DNA of 64,000 bases from Octopus vulgaris (GCA_951406725.2 OX597824.1:63860001-63924000), one strand, 5' to 3'; shown: positions 1-13,992, counted from the stretch's first letter. Made by a program: numbers and translations. Notes: generated from the letters alone by a model not told the origin.

Positions 1-1173
1 AGGCTTCCTCTTCTAGTTGAACCACAAAAAAAGTCATCTGTATAGTGTTAAATTATTTGCAAAACATGAATATAGAAATATTTAAAGTAAGAATTCCAAA
101 CCAAAAATCTTGGTGCTGCTGTTTATGAGTCCCATATCAGACCAGTCCTAGTTAAATGCATTGGTTTTTATTGTCAAATATTAAGTTATTCAAAGTGTTC
201 TTAATTTCTAAGACGACCAGTATGGTTGATAGTATAACGAACCACGGTTACACACACGATATTCATATAAGAGAAACTTAATTGCTTTTTCTAGCTGTCC
301 GAGTTATCGAACCTGAAAGACACCGTAACTGCTCCCACAGCATAGCCATTACTCCGTAGGGTTCCTATTTACGACCGCATAAACTGGTCGAATGAACTGC
401 AGCTAGTTGAGTGACGGAATGAACGCAGTAGTTCATCGTGGTTGATACTACGACGAACCACGGTTATAGCCTGCTATAACTCTCTATCCACATAACTGAC
501 TGTTACTCTATACTAATTAATACATGAGATAATTAAGTACAGAAATAAACAGTTAATCAATTAGGTATGATGACTTATGCAAATAGGTTCGAGAAGAAGA
601 AGAAAAACATATCAATTATTTTCACACTAATTTTGTGCAATTCAATTTCTATTCGTTAATTTTATTTTTTATTTTCTTCAAGTTTCCTCAGCTTCTTCAC
701 ATTGACAACTCGAAGTGCAATTCATAAAAGAGATGCAAAACTCCATTAATTATTATTTTTTTAACTATAGGAAAAGGTACTTTACGAAACTGACATTAAT
801 ATCAATGAAAACCGACATGAATGCAGGGGGCTGTGTGCGCACGCGCGTGCGTGTCTGAGTATGCGTGTGTATATGCGTTGTTGGTAGAGATTATTTTGCG
901 CATTTTTTTGTTGCTTCGCTTTTCTTTTACCATCATTTCTGACATTGGCACAAGGTCACATATTTTGGTGAATGGATAAAATCGATTAGCTTGAACCCGG
1001 TTATTTGATTGTTACTTTATTTTATCAGCAACGGAAGGATAAAATGTGAAGTCAACTTCGGCGTATTTTGAACTCAGAACATCGAGGTTCATAACACAAT
1101 AGAAGACATCTTGTCCATTGCTCGAACGACTCTGCATATTCATCTCTTTTAACTGGTATTATTTGGTTGATCC

Positions 1174-1375
1174 TAAGGCGGCGAGCTGGCAGAATCGTTA
1201 GTACACCGGGCGAAATGCTTAGCGGCATTTCATCCGTCTTCATGTCCTGAATTCAAATTCCGCCGAGGTCCACAACCTTTCGATGTCGAAAATAAATAAG
1301 TATCAGTTGAGTACTGGGATCGAAGTAATCGACTTGCCCTCTCCTCCGAAATTGCTGGTCTTGTACCAAAACCAT
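1174..1375 (+). mobile_element. tRNA-headed SINE, family A (Meta-domain-like core GTCGACTTTGCCTTTCATCC...GATAAAATAAGTACCAG)
   Basis: Head AAGGCGGCGAGCTGGCAGAATCGTTAG, B-box-like A(T/G)TTCAAATTCC; more than 15 diverged copies across the window. Confidence 0.75.
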
Positions 1376-1674
1376 TATTTGATTGATCCCCAGAAGGATG
1401 AAAGACAAAGTTGATCTCGATTAGGTTTGAACTCTTAACGATCGGTAAATAAATAACTTGTACACACAAAAGTCATAGAGAGGTTACTCCCTACAAAAGC
1501 AAATTTGTTAACCAGACTACTGCTACTATTACATTTAAATGAACAAAATGTAATATAGCTAATATTAACACCACAAGTCCATCAACTGGAGGTGACAGAT
1601 CGGTCGATTACATTGACTAGGACTTTATTTTATGAAACAATGAGATGCGAAGTCAATTTTGAAATCAAACGAAC

Positions 1675-2097
1675 GAAATACCTATTTCTTTACTATACAC
1701 AAGGGGCTAAACACAGAGAGGACAAACAAGGACAGACAAACAGATTAAGTCGATTACATCGACCACAGTGCGTAACTCGTACTTATTTAATCGACCCCGA
1801 AAGGATGAAAGGCAAAGTCGACCACGGTGGAATTTGAACTCAAAACGTAACGGCAGACGAATACCTATTTTTTTACTACCCACAATGGGCTAAACACAGA
1901 GAGGATAAACAAGGACAGGCAAACGGATTAAGTCGATTACATCGACCGCAGTGCGTAACTCGTACTTATTTAATCGACCCCGAAAGGATGAAAGGCAAAG
2001 TCGACCTCGGTGGAATTTGAACTCAGAACGTAATGGCAGACGAAATACCGCTAAGCATTTTGCCCGGTGTGCTAACGATTCTGCTCGCTCATTGCCT
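1675..2097 (-). mobile_element. Family A SINE with tandemly duplicated ~182-bp internal unit
   Basis: Unit GAAATACCTATTT...GGGCTAAACACAGAGAGGA...GGAATTTGAACTCA occurs twice; the same arrangement recurs at 29745-30168. Confidence 0.75.
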
Positions 2098-2114
2098 TTA
2101 ATGCAACTAATATT

Positions 2115-2365
2115 ACGGCATTTCCTTCGACTTCATATTCTGAGTTCAAAAACTGTCGGTGTCGACTTTGCTTTTCATCCTTTGACGATTGATATAATAA
2201 GTACCAGTTGAGCACTGGCGTCTATGTAAACGACGTGAACCCTCGACTTTGCTTTTCATCCTTTGGCGATTGATATAATAAGTACCAGTTGAGCACTGGC
2301 GTCTATGTAAACGACGTGAACCCTCCCCCACAACTGTTGGCCTTGTGCCAAAATTTGAAACCAAT
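2115..2365 (+). mobile_element. Family A SINE with internal ~82-bp duplication
   Basis: TCGACTTTGCTTTTCATCC...AAACGACGTGAACCCTC repeated twice. Confidence 0.7.
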
Positions 2366-2983
2366 GTTAAAATATCTACGCTCTCTAATACATCTAATTT
2401 AGCGTATCTCAAGGTTGTGTTATCATTCTTCTCTTCTTTTTTTACCTATTTATTTACTGACCTATTTATTTGCTGTACTCCCTAAGGAAGCGCACCCTTC
2501 TATAGATTCAAATGCCCTTCACTGCTTCTAGTTTGCTTGTAGATATCATCTACATATGACTTAGAAATCTAGCTCCAAAATTCTGCCATTATAAATACAA
2601 ACAACGGAAACACTTTCCAATGGGTTTACGACATTCTCCTCTGTTCTTTAGAAGTTTACAGAGACAATCACTGCCCATAGCAAGGAAAAAACAATGGTGT
2701 ATTCGGCACAGTTCGAACTCATCTTCTCAAGTGATGTGATTAAATACTACAGGGTGCATGAATGAGCCTATGATTAAGAAGATCGTTTTAGGTTCGACTC
2801 CAGTTCACAGTACACAGTGAAACGTTTCTTGGATTAAGCAAATCTGGTGAATGAAATCGGGTAAAGAAAAATCTGCAGTAGTTTATTTGTATGTATGTGT
2901 GTGTGCGTGCGAGCGCGCGTGCGTGTGCGTCTGTGCGTCTGTGTGTCTGTCTCTCTATCTCTTGCTATCGATGTCTTTCGTTT

Positions 2984-3039
<56 letters not shown>

Positions 3040-3040
3040 C

Positions 3041-3115
<75 letters not shown>

Positions 3116-3164
3116 TAGATATAGTAATGTATGTATGTATTTAACAGAAATAATATATAGTGAG

Positions 3165-3245
3165 TAATCCCTCGACTATCGCGGGTGTTACGTTCCACAC
3201 ACACACACACCCCGCAATAGGTGAAAATCCGCGCAGTAGAAACAG
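3165..3245 (+). mobile_element. Tigger/pogo-like DNA transposon end fragment
   Basis: AGTAATCCCTCGACTATCGCG resembles Tigger-type termini; no partner end seen. Confidence 0.35.
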
Positions 3246-3847
3246 TACTGTACTATATATGTATATGTGTATGTATGTATACGTACATACATACATACAG
3301 ATAGACAGACAGACATAACTATAGTTATATACATATAGAAAAGAGAATAAATAGCAGAAAAGCTTAATGTTCACATATAATTCATAATTAAAACGTGCTC
3401 TACAGTTATTTCAAAAGAATATAAACATTTACATCATTACGAATTAACATACATAATACATTTAAAAGCCATTTATTTTCGATATCGTTACATGTATGTA
3501 CATGTATGTATGTATGTATGTATGTATGTATGTATGTATGTATGTATGTATCTATGTACGTATGTATCTATGTATACAAGAGTAAACAAGAGAGACAGAG
3601 ACAGGCAGAAACAAGGAAAATGCCACTTGTATTTGAACACTATACAAATATTCTTTTAAAAAACTTTTCTTCAAATTTTTCTAAATTTAATTATTTAATT
3701 GTTACAGTTGAAAAAGTCTCAGTGACTGAAACCGGTACTAAAATGTTTATAATAAAATTATTTTAGCATTTCTATCTTGACTTTTTTTCCATATATATAT
3801 GTGGTAAGTTCAACAAAAAAAGTACTCCATCTGGTGACAGATAAATA

Positions 3848-3989
3848 TTATTTAATAAACACAATATATATCTTTGTGAGCTACAATTAATTTTATGCGA
3901 TGAAATTTTTTTTTTATTCTGTCTGAGATGATTTCATCGCATGAAACTTATAGTAGCCCTTAAAAATATATATTGTGCTTATTAAATAA
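3848..3989. repeat. Inverted repeat, ~60-bp arms
   Basis: TTATTTAATAAACACAATATAT...ATGCGATGAAAT versus ATTTCATCGCATG...ATATATTGTGCTTATTAAATAA. Confidence 0.7.
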
Positions 3990-4501
3990 AACACACACAC
4001 ACACACTCACACACACACACACACATACACACACATATATATATATATATTTATGTATATGTATGTACGCTTGTATATATGCTAAATAAAATAAAGATAC
4101 AAGCAGGCAAACAGCTGATATCAGGTTTGATTGTGAGAATTATATGTCTATACATTGAAAAATGTGAGGCTAGAGAAGAATGTTGCAGGAGTTTAAATCG
4201 CAACAGGTCAATAAAAAACGATCAGTTGATGAATGTTCGTAAAGTTTGTGATATATGCTGGTATTCTCTTCAAAACAGCCATCAGGTAAATCTATATATT
4301 GACATTAGTAGGTAAAGCAGTCATCATAGGTAGAATCCAAATCTGGATAAGAAGAAAGAAGATATGTAGGTATATCCCTACAGCTGTTTCAAGATTAAAT
4401 GCCCAAACAGTGAAATTCGCAACAGCCGGCTTTTTCCATCATATTATAACTGTTCTGGGATAATACCAGCATCTACCAAATATTATTAATAGCTATCAAT
4501 T

Positions 4502-4720
4502 GAGGCGGCGAGTTGGCAGAATAGATACTGCATCCGGGGAAAAAACTTTTAGTGGCATTTCTTCCGAATTCACTTTCCGATTTCAAATGCTGTCAGGGTC
4601 GATTTTAACATTTCATTCTTTCAGGGTCGACAAAGTAAATACCAGTTGAGCAATGGGGTCAATGTAATCGTCTCACACTACACTGAAATTCCAGCTCTTG
4701 TACCACAATTTGAAATCAAT
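4502..4720 (+). mobile_element. Diverged family A SINE
   Basis: GAGGCGGCGAGTTGGCAGAA head and core motif. Confidence 0.7.
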
Positions 4721-5067
4721 ATTTATTCTTTTATGATCTCTCAAAATTAAATCTCATCCTGTATTATTATTCCTGTACTATTAATTTCTACCTTCATGCA
4801 GCGTCAGTGTTTAAATAATGTCATAATGTGATCGGATAACAGTTGTTTGTAGACTTATTCTATTATATATGTACTAGCACGTTTGAAATGCTGCCTATAA
4901 CCAATCTTCATTCGGCAGCTATAACATCCTTGCATTCTCTGTTGCAGTGCAAGTCGGAGTTTAGGCAGCAAGTCCACCTGAGCACTAATTGTATGTACCT
5001 ATTACTTTACGTAATCCAACATAATTTTATCTATGATACATGTGTCTATGTGTGTGTGTGTGTGTAT

Positions 5068-5366
5068 GAGGGCGCCTGGCCTAGTGGTTAGGATGTTGCA
5101 CTCACGATCGCGAGATCATGATTTCGATTCCTAGACCGGGTGGTGTGTTGTGTTCGTGTGCAAAACACTGCATCTCACGTCCCTCTGCAATGACTTCGTT
5201 GCTTGACGCGTAGTTCACTGTGCATCTGTTCAGGCAATGTCGATTTTGATGGAAGGAGTGAGCTAATGTACAGCTGATACATTTGATCATTATAAACAAA
5301 TCATTTTGTGTAGATCGCTCGACAAAAGCTGAACACTCATAAGTCGTCTTCGACGAGAGAGTCCAT
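5068..5366 (+). mobile_element. tRNA-headed SINE, family B
   Basis: A box TGGCCTAGTGGTTAG, B box TTCGATTCC; related heads at 6.2, 7.2, 27.5, 30.6-31.2 and 37.4 kb. Confidence 0.7.
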
Positions 5367-5534
5367 GTTGCAACACACGTGCTGTTGGCGATTTCTTTTC
5401 CTTATTTGAACTTTCCGACGAAGAGTTATGCTCCAAACGCCGGAAATTCTTTTTACCGAGAGTCAAGTTAATACATTCATTGTGCATGTCTTCTTGTTGT
5501 GTGGTGATTTTATTATTTATTTATTTGAATTGAC

Positions 5535-5565
<31 letters not shown>

Positions 5566-6204
5566 TCATGTGCAGTACGGCCGAGTGAATAACAATTTTT
5601 TATAGCTGTTTTGCAGCTATAAGGTCAAGTTCGATCCCCAAGCGTGTTCTCTTAAGCAGATTCCATTTCCCAGAGCCTCGAGATGGCTCATACCTTGTGA
5701 GTGAGACTGGATAGACGGAAACTTGTAACTAACAAAAGATTCAGCCTTATCACACAATATCACTCCGATTGTACTTGACAATTACGGAAGAATACACACG
5801 TCTATGGAATGTTCAAGAATTTACACGTTCAGTTGATCGAACAACTGAATCCCCATCGTCAAACGACGGAGATCCACCACTGTCATACATAAAACAACCA
5901 AAGTATCTACTACCACTACAAATGCTGTTTCTACTGTCATTTCAACAACTACACAATACACCGTTTGTTTACAGCGAGAATTTTTCTCCAGGACAAAACA
6001 CAGTGAATGGGTTTGTTACTGCCCCAAGTATATTTGAACTGGTAATAATCTTGTATTTATATGCTTCACTGCTTAGCCGTTGCACTCCGTAATTCAACCA
6101 CTCTGTTTGCTCTGCTACTACCAGAGCAGCTATATTTCTACTGGTGTTTATTTTGTAACCATCATTACAACTATTTCAATAACTTTTACTACTAAGGTAA
6201 AAAA

Positions 6205-6519
6205 ACCTTTCTTCGGTCATGGATGACCATAGGATTGCACCTACAAAGTTACCTTCCGAGGCACAAGTCTGGGAAAAATTGTTTATGAAATCCCAGTAGC
6301 ATACCAGCCTCCCCTCTCCACGCCACTGTTGTTACCCTTGGGAAAGGCAAAGGTCAACACAGCTTCGCACCAGTGGCGTCGCAACTCATTTCTACATCTG
6401 AGAGAACTGGAGCAACGTGAAATAAAGTGTCTTGCTCAAGAACACAACACACAGCCCGGTCCGGGAATGGAACTCTCTACCTTATGATTGTGAGCCCAAC
6501 GTTCTAACCACTGCGCCAT
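6205..6519 (-). mobile_element. Family B-type SINE
   Basis: Aligns with 30955-31247; tRNA-like head on minus strand. Confidence 0.7.
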
Positions 6520-6627
6520 TACTACTGTCATTACAACTACTATTACTGCAGCTAATTCTAAAGCAACAACCACTGCCATGAGCATTACTCTTACTACTTC
6601 TAACACCACGACCACAAATAGTGTTTT

Positions 6628-6835
6628 TAAATTTTGGCACTAGACTAGCAATTTTGGGGGAGGAATAAGTTAGTTACATCGACCCCAGTGCTCAACTGGT
6701 ACTTATTTTATCGATTTCGAAATGATGAAAGTCAAACTCATCTCAGTAGCATTTGAACTCAAAACGTATGGACAGATAAAAAGCTGCTAATCATTTTGCC
6801 CGTCGGGCTAACGATTCTGCCAGCTCGCTGCCTTA
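6628..6835 (-). mobile_element. Family A SINE
   Basis: Ends in CTAACGATTCTGCCAGCTCGCTGCCTT, the reverse complement of the family A head. Confidence 0.75.
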
Positions 6836-7185
6836 AACCACCACCACAAATATTACTACCATCACTACCGCAACTAGAATTACTACGACTACAAATACCT
6901 GCTATACTGTTACTACAGCTGTGATGGCAGCTTTTCGTGTCCAAAGATCATGTATGAGAAAGAGCGGTAATCCCGCAGCTACCTATGTAAGCCAATCATT
7001 GAATGACAAGCTCTGGTGCACTTGGTTCAAATGTGTGCTTTGGTCAAATGGGGGTCGTGATACTTACTCGTTTCTTCTTTGGCGCTTCTCGTCCGCCGTA
7101 GTTCAGGTGCTCTGGCTCTCTGGTAAATATCACCACAACTACTTTTACCATAAATGCTATTATTAATAATGCCACTATTGTTGTA

Positions 7186-7482
7186 TGTTCCTTCTCGAGC
7201 CATGCCTGGCTCATAGGGCCGGTTTCCCGATTTCCTTGGCGTATAGGTTCCTCACCTGGACGGGACGCCGGTCCGTCGCAGGTGAGCTGCAAGATGCAGG
7301 AGGAAAGAGTGAGAGAAAGTTGTGGCGAAAGAGTCAGCAGAAGTTCGCCGTCACCTTCTGCCGGAGCCGCGTGGAGCTTAGCTCTTTCGCTCATAAACAC
7401 ACACATCGTCCGGTCTGAGATTCGAACCCGCGATGCCTCGACCGCGAGTCCGCTGCGCTAACCACTAAGCCATGTGCCTCCA
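7186..7482 (-). mobile_element. Family B-type SINE, young CpG-rich copy
   Basis: Reverse complement begins GTGGAGGCACATGGCTTAGTGGTTAGCGCAGCGGACTCGCGG...GGGTTCGAATCTC. Confidence 0.75.
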
Positions 7483-7844
7483 CAATGCCACTATTACTAT
7501 CGAATATTCTAGGTAGGTAGGTAGGTAGGTAGGTAGGTTTATATGCTCATATACGCCTAATATATGTGGCTATAATGTGCATATGTGTGTACGTATATAT
7601 ATGCACATACGTGCAAGTACATACATGCACGCAAGAGTAATAATGAGAAAAATAGTAAGGGAGAGAAAGAAATAGATAGATCGAGGGGGAAAATGGAAAG
7701 AGAAAGGGAGTGAGAAAGAAATAGATAGATGTGATTAACTATCTAACTGCATTCATTAAGTTTTGAATACTTTCGTTGTAATAAACGACATGGAACTTCA
7801 TTAAACCGTTCGCCAAAACACTTAACCTCGTCAACATACATCAA

Positions 7845-7919
<75 letters not shown>

Positions 7920-8106
7920 AAGTAGTAGTTGAGATTTAGTGATAGTACTAGTAGCAGTTGTTTTAGTTTACGTATGTGTGTGTTTATGTGTATATATGTA
8001 TAAATATATATATATATAATCCCTTTGTCTTTCTTTGTCTTCTCAATGTTTAGCCTCTTGTGGGCAATAAAGAAATAAGCGGCTTTACTTTGCGTGCTTT
8101 AGCTTC

Positions 8107-8120
8107 GTTACTATGGCAAC
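8107..8120. promoter_or_regulatory. RFX X-box-like motif
   Basis: GTTACTATGGCAAC fits the X-box pattern; no target gene identified, could be chance. Confidence 0.2.
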
Positions 8121-8846
8121 AGTCCGCATACTTATTGATCAGACCTCGTATATACCATTTAATGTACACTGTATTACATTGTATTAGAATAAAGACCTAG
8201 TAATAGCTTCTTACCGTTGACACCCAAGGCATGTCATAAAAAATCTGCTTAACCACGTGTCTCAATGACAAGAAACTATGAGCGGCTCTTATTTTAATAC
8301 AGTGTACTTTAAATGATAATTATCTCTCACTGGACGGAGGAATTTTTTTGTTAATCTTAACGGAACAGTAAACTACAAACGTATGTGTGTACGTGTGTGT
8401 GTGTATCTATCTGTGTCAGTGTGTGTGCGCGAGTGCGTTCGTGTATCTGTGTGTGTATGTGTAAACTTATCCCAATACAGTAACCAAACGTCATAAAAAT
8501 AATGAAATATTGGTGCTTACATTTTGATTATAAACGTAGAAGCATTGAGAAATAGGTAAATAAAAGATTTAATGGTACATTTCCTAGCCAATACAGCTGC
8601 TATAAACTACAACGTGTAATGTGATCGGTTAAAATCCACTTAGATAGAAAAAAAATGCCCGCGGAAATCGAACCATAAATCTCCTGTATCCATGAAAGAC
8701 ATTGCTACGAAGTTTAATAATAGTAAACTTCGGTTATTATTCCGTCGTATAAAATGCTTTAATCTTGTAAACGAGAAAGTAAGTCTATAACTGGATTGTT
8801 GAGAATAAGGAGCAAGCATCAAAAGAAAAATGCGTGGGCAAAAAAA

Positions 8847-8903
<57 letters not shown>

Positions 8904-8948
8904 GAAAAAGAGAAAGCTACTCCTACACTTAAACATAATGTATATTAC

Positions 8949-8994
<46 letters not shown>

Positions 8995-9025
8995 ACGTGT
9001 GCGCGTTTATATATATTTTTATGTC

Positions 9026-9069
<44 letters not shown>

Positions 9070-9473
9070 CATACATATACACACACGTATATAAATATAT
9101 GTATATAAGTATATATACATATATATATATATATACGCACACATACATACACAGAGAGAGAGAGGGAGAGAGAGTGACGCAACAATAGGTACGTTATTTC
9201 CGTCATAATGACGTCTTTATGCAACAGTCACTATGATGACATAAATTATTACTGACGTAATTATATCAAGGACACTCTGATTGACTGAAGTAGCTGACTA
9301 CTCTGGCTCAAGTGTTGAAGCATTGCAACAAACAATTTCCAATGTGAAACTTGTCCTGGAGCTTTTTCTTCTCTATACCACACAACAGCCACTTCTGTAT
9401 GGAAGGTTCAAGTTTTTCTCTTTCTCACATGCTCTCCTTTCCCCGGTGTATATATATATATACATGCATATAG

Positions 9474-9570
<97 letters not shown>

Positions 9571-9585
9571 GATAGATAGATAGAA

Positions 9586-9620
<35 letters not shown>

Positions 9621-9791
9621 CATATATATATATACATATACACATATATATATATATATACATATATATGTATATAAATACATATATATATAAACATATG
9701 CATATATGTACATATATATATATACATATATATATATAATGTATATATTTATATGTATGTCTATATACATATATATACATACGTACAGACA

Positions 9792-10159
9792 CTTTTACTC
9801 TTTTACTTGTTTCATGCTGGAGCACCGCCTTTAGTCGAGCAAATCGACCCCAGGACTAATTCTTTGTAAGCCTAGTACTTATTCTATCGGCCTCTTTTAC
9901 CGAACCACTAAGTTACAAGGACGTAAACACACTGGCATCGGAGGGACAAATACAAGCATACAAACACACACACACACATATATACATATACATATAGACG
10001 ACGGGCTTCTTTCAGTTTCTGTCTACCAAATCCACTCACAAGGCTTTGGTCGGCCCGAGGCTGTAGTATAAGACACTTACCCAAGGTTCCACGCAGTGGC
10101 ACTGAACACGGAACCATGCGGTTGATAAGCAAGCTACTTACCACACAGCCACACCAGCG

Positions 10160-10161
<2 letters not shown>
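9792..10161 (-). mobile_element. tRNA-headed CORE-like SINE, family C, with internal microsatellite
   Basis: Reverse complement has GGCTGTGTGGTAAG...ACCTTGGGTAAGT...GGTAGACAGAAACTGAAAGAAGCCCGTCG; copies at 36.9, 38.4, 38.6, 48.1, 48.5, 50.4, 51.3 and 62.0 kb. Confidence 0.75.
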
Positions 10162-10197
<36 letters not shown>

Positions 10198-10393
10198 CAG
10201 AGAGAGAGAAAGAAGGAGACAACGATAAATATATATGCATAGACATATGTATGCATGGACATATGTATGAGAAAGTGGAAAAGAGAGTGATTGAAGGAGA
10301 ATGAGATAATTATGAATGTCAATATATATATATGTATATATATACATATATTTATGTGCGCATGTATACACGCATACGTAAAAATAAACTTAC

Positions 10394-10439
<46 letters not shown>

Positions 10440-10448
10440 AGCTGAAGT

Positions 10449-10494
<46 letters not shown>

Positions 10495-10500
10495 TGTGTG

Positions 10501-10899
10501 GCAGGTTTGGTAGCCTTCAACTAACACTATCTCCTCCGAGACCCTGCGGCGTAAGTTGACTAAAATTGAGACTATGATAGAAGAAGGCTTGCTCTTCATT
10601 CCGTAGAAGAAAAAATTCAAATCGGACCATGTTAAGACCAAAAATTATTTACATCAAAAAGGGCTTTTTTCTATGAACATCCCTATTTTTTACGATTTTT
10701 TGAATGCTCTGTCGCAATTTTTCGGTGTATTTCAACCAGAAAATGTTTACTTAAGAAGAATAATAAGCTACATAATGCAAAATTTTTGCTTTTCAAAAAA
10801 GATTGAAACTATGTCAAAATTTCGTTAACGCGAGATCAAAGTCTGCCGTTTTAAGCGCAACTAAAAAACAAATCCGAGCAACGCCGGGCTATACTACTA

Positions 10900-10901
<2 letters not shown>
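10501..10901 (-). mobile_element. Non-autonomous Helentron/DINE-like element
   Basis: Terminus CCGAGCAACGCCGGGCTATACTACTAGTA, shared with 11031 and 17721; (TG)n at the other end. Confidence 0.55.
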
Positions 10902-10968
<67 letters not shown>

Positions 10969-10998
10969 TACGTATGCATGTATACATGCGCACGTAAA

Positions 10999-11030
<32 letters not shown>

Positions 11031-11032
<2 letters not shown>

Positions 11033-11498
11033 CTAGCAGTATCGCCCTGCGTTGCTCGGGTTTGTAAGGGAAATAACTATATAAGCATTTTTAGAGAGTT
11101 ACTTCCCTTATAAATTCGGGCTTTCTTAGCCATTTGTTTTGGTGGTCTTCAAGCCATGAAGCAACGCCGGGCGATACTGGTAGTAACCAAAACCAGGTAT
11201 CTTATAGTCGTGATTCATATCGAGCCCTTCTGGGTATTGGCGCGCGTCTACGATGAGTCTACGATTTTAAAAGAAAATTACCATCAATTTTTCTCATTTT
11301 TAATGCATTTTTGGCATATAAAAGGGAAGTAACTCTCTAAAATGTATTATTAAATCTCAGAACGTAAAAATCTACAGTAACACACCCCCCCTTTGTGGTT
11401 AGCCATATTGAGATGGCTATTATACTATACATCTCTAAAAATGCTTATATAGTTATTTCCCTTACAAACCCGAGCAACGCCGGGCGATACTTGTAGTA
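11031..11498. mobile_element. Palindromic rearranged Helentron/DINE-like element
   Basis: ~65-bp near-perfect inverted ends TACTAGCAGTATCGCCC...TTTTAGAG / CTCTAAAA...GGGCGATACTTGTAGTA. Confidence 0.65.
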
Positions 11499-12334
11499 GA
11501 TATATATATATTGATGTTCATAATTATCTCATACTCTTTCCATCACTCTCTTATCCACTATCCCTTTGTCCATACCAATATGTTAACAAATATACTCTTG
11601 TGCTAATCATAACGTGCTTCGGTGTATTTAAGCGTCCGTAATACATGACGCTGAATACTAGCCAATGTGTAAGCAAACTTTTGAACTGAAGCCGTAAAGG
11701 AAGTCTTTTAAATCCATTGTATATAAAAAAAAAAATTTCCGGCGCTGAACTGTTTTTGTTACTCTACTGAATAATATATTCAATAAAAGTACTTCTTAAT
11801 TTTCCAATTCTAATTTTCATTTTATATTTCCTCCTTCTACACTGATTTCTCTTTTTTCTCTGGATTCGTTAATCCCCTTATATTTTGTTTTGTTCATTTC
11901 TTGATTATTTTTGTTAAACACACAAAATATCCAAAATCAACAACAGAGCGATATCGTATTTCTTCCATTCTGATTGGTGCATTTTTTGACTGCTATTTCT
12001 TTATTTGCTGTTTTGACTAATTCATTTGAACAATACCAGTAAAATAGTAAAACAGTAAATATTTATATATTCCCTATACAGAGACTCTTATAGTCAAAGA
12101 CAGCGTATCGTCTATTTTGTGCTATGGCGCGAATATATCTTTTCCTCAATCTTTTTACGTCTACTTTTAGTCTTGGAAGCGTTCAGTTAGGTAGACATCC
12201 AGTTTTTATTCTACTTTGTTCTGGAAAATGTCAAAATTCCAAACACTCTCGGTCTTTGTTCTAACATTAAAACTGAGAAAGGGATAAATTAAGCGACGTT
12301 CAGTATAAACAAATTATCTTTATAGCTTCAACAC

Positions 12335-12935
12335 TTGGCAGAATGTTTATACCGTCTGACAATATATCTTTGATCATTTGTTCTGGTTTTTGCGTTATGA
12401 GTTCTAACAAATGCCAACTTTGCCTTTCATTCTTCTAGAGTAGATAAAATAAAGTACCAATCATGCACTGGGTCGACTGTCCTGTTCTCCCCAAATTACA
12501 GTAGCTATTATTATTGACGATTTCCAGAAATTGCTCATGATACTGGAGTGCTACTGAAAGGAGAGTTATTGTCGGTTCGGGTTAAGCACAGCAGGTGCAT
12601 TAGCTTTGTCTGTTAACATGTCTGCGATGCACGCAGAGAACCATTACCATTCTGCATGAACACGTTTTGCGACTTTAAGAATTCTATCAAATCCAACGTG
12701 AGAACTGCCCTGAACCCATTTTTTTTTAGGGAAGGGTAGGCAGTTTTCATTTGTTTCAACATGGCAGAATTGTTTATACCGTACTGACAATATATCTTTG
12801 AGCCCATTTGTTCTGGTTTTTGCGTTATGAGAACGGTAATATCAACTTTGCCTTTCATTCTTCTAGAGTAGATTGCAGGACCAATGAGGCACTGGGTCGA
12901 CTGTCCTGTTAAATTACAGTAGCTATTATTATTAG
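12335..12935 (+). repeat. Local direct duplication of a degenerate family A SINE (12335-12515 and 12760-12935)
   Basis: Shared private variants, e.g. CATTTGTTCTGGTTTTTGCGTTATGAG and TTACAGTAGCTATTATTATT. Confidence 0.65.
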
Positions 12936-13258
12936 GTGAGATGTTCATGAGTATGAGGATGTGGAGACAGTCGGTCATGAGAAGCAGGAGACAAGAGTTT
13001 GATACAATAAAAGTGGCGAAGAGTGGAAACAGCATTGGATCAAGGTTGCTTCAGTAATTTGAGGTGAGAGACAAGCCATCCCCGACGGATTGGGGTACCA
13101 GGGTAGTGATAGAAACGACACACAGAGAGGATAGTACTTCAATCGGATCAGAATACACGGTGAACAAGACTGAAAAGACAGAACATAGACGTTTTCCTAA
13201 TCAGACATTTGCAAATTCCAATCGAAAAGTAAATGTGTTACTCTCCCATTTATAATTT

Positions 13259-13500
13259 GCTGAAACAGTAGAACGGCGGACAAACTGGCTTACTTCAGAT
13301 CCCACAGAAGCCAAATTTGCGTGGGTATGTGCGTGCGCGCAGGTCTGTGTATGTGTGTGTGTGTGTGTGTGTGTAAGTGTGTAATAGCTGAAACAGTAGA
13401 ACGGCGGACAAACTGGCTTACTTCAGATCCCAGAGAAGCCAAATTTGCGTGGGTATGTGCGTGCGCGCAGGTCTGTGTGTGTGTGTATGTGTGTAATAGC
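13259..13500 (+). repeat. Tandem duplication, ~128-bp unit
   Basis: GCTGAAACAGTAGAACGGCGG...GCGCAGGTCTGTG at 13259 and 13387. Confidence 0.85.
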
Positions 13501-13875
13501 ATGTGTGTGTGTATGTGTTGCGTATGTGGTGTTTGTGTGATTTTGGCTGTTTATACGTGTATGTCTGAGTGAACTTTGTGTCTCTTAACGTAGGAAGAAT
13601 TCAGCAGCATGGTAACAGGAGTGGTGATCGTTTGTGTAGTTGTGTGTCTCTTCACATGTGCGTAGAGGAATGGTCAGTAAAAAGGTGTTTGACTGGAAGT
13701 TTGAAGTATGTGCGTGAGTGAGTAAGTATGTGTGTGCGTGTATGTAGATGTTGCGTATGTGTTTTGTGTGTGGTATGTGTGTATGTGTGTGTGTATACAA
13801 TAAAACAATTTTACAATAATCCGATGGGTTACTCTATACTTTTGTAGAGAACAAATTTATTATTCTTACACAAGA

Positions 13876-13969
13876 GAATGTTGTTGACAGTGACTTCGAA
13901 GTTTCAAGTAGTTAAGCCAGTCCAGTGATGGCTTAACTGGCCTAAACCACGAAGTCACAGTCAACATTC
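13876..13969. other. Isolated ~94-nt imperfect hairpin
   Basis: GTGACTTCG/CGAAGTCAC, AGTTAAGCCA/TGGCTTAACT and GAATGTTG/CAACATTC pair in nested order. Confidence 0.6.
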
Positions 13970-13992
13970 CTGCATAAGAATGATAAATATGT

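Noticed and set aside
8640-10641. Many ORFs rich in YI/CV/HT/MYVC repeats, here and throughout the window
   Set aside because: Translations of stop-free microsatellites, not genes
12940-13250. Possible decayed LINE 3' fragment on the minus strand
   Set aside because: Motif resemblance too weak to call without a search
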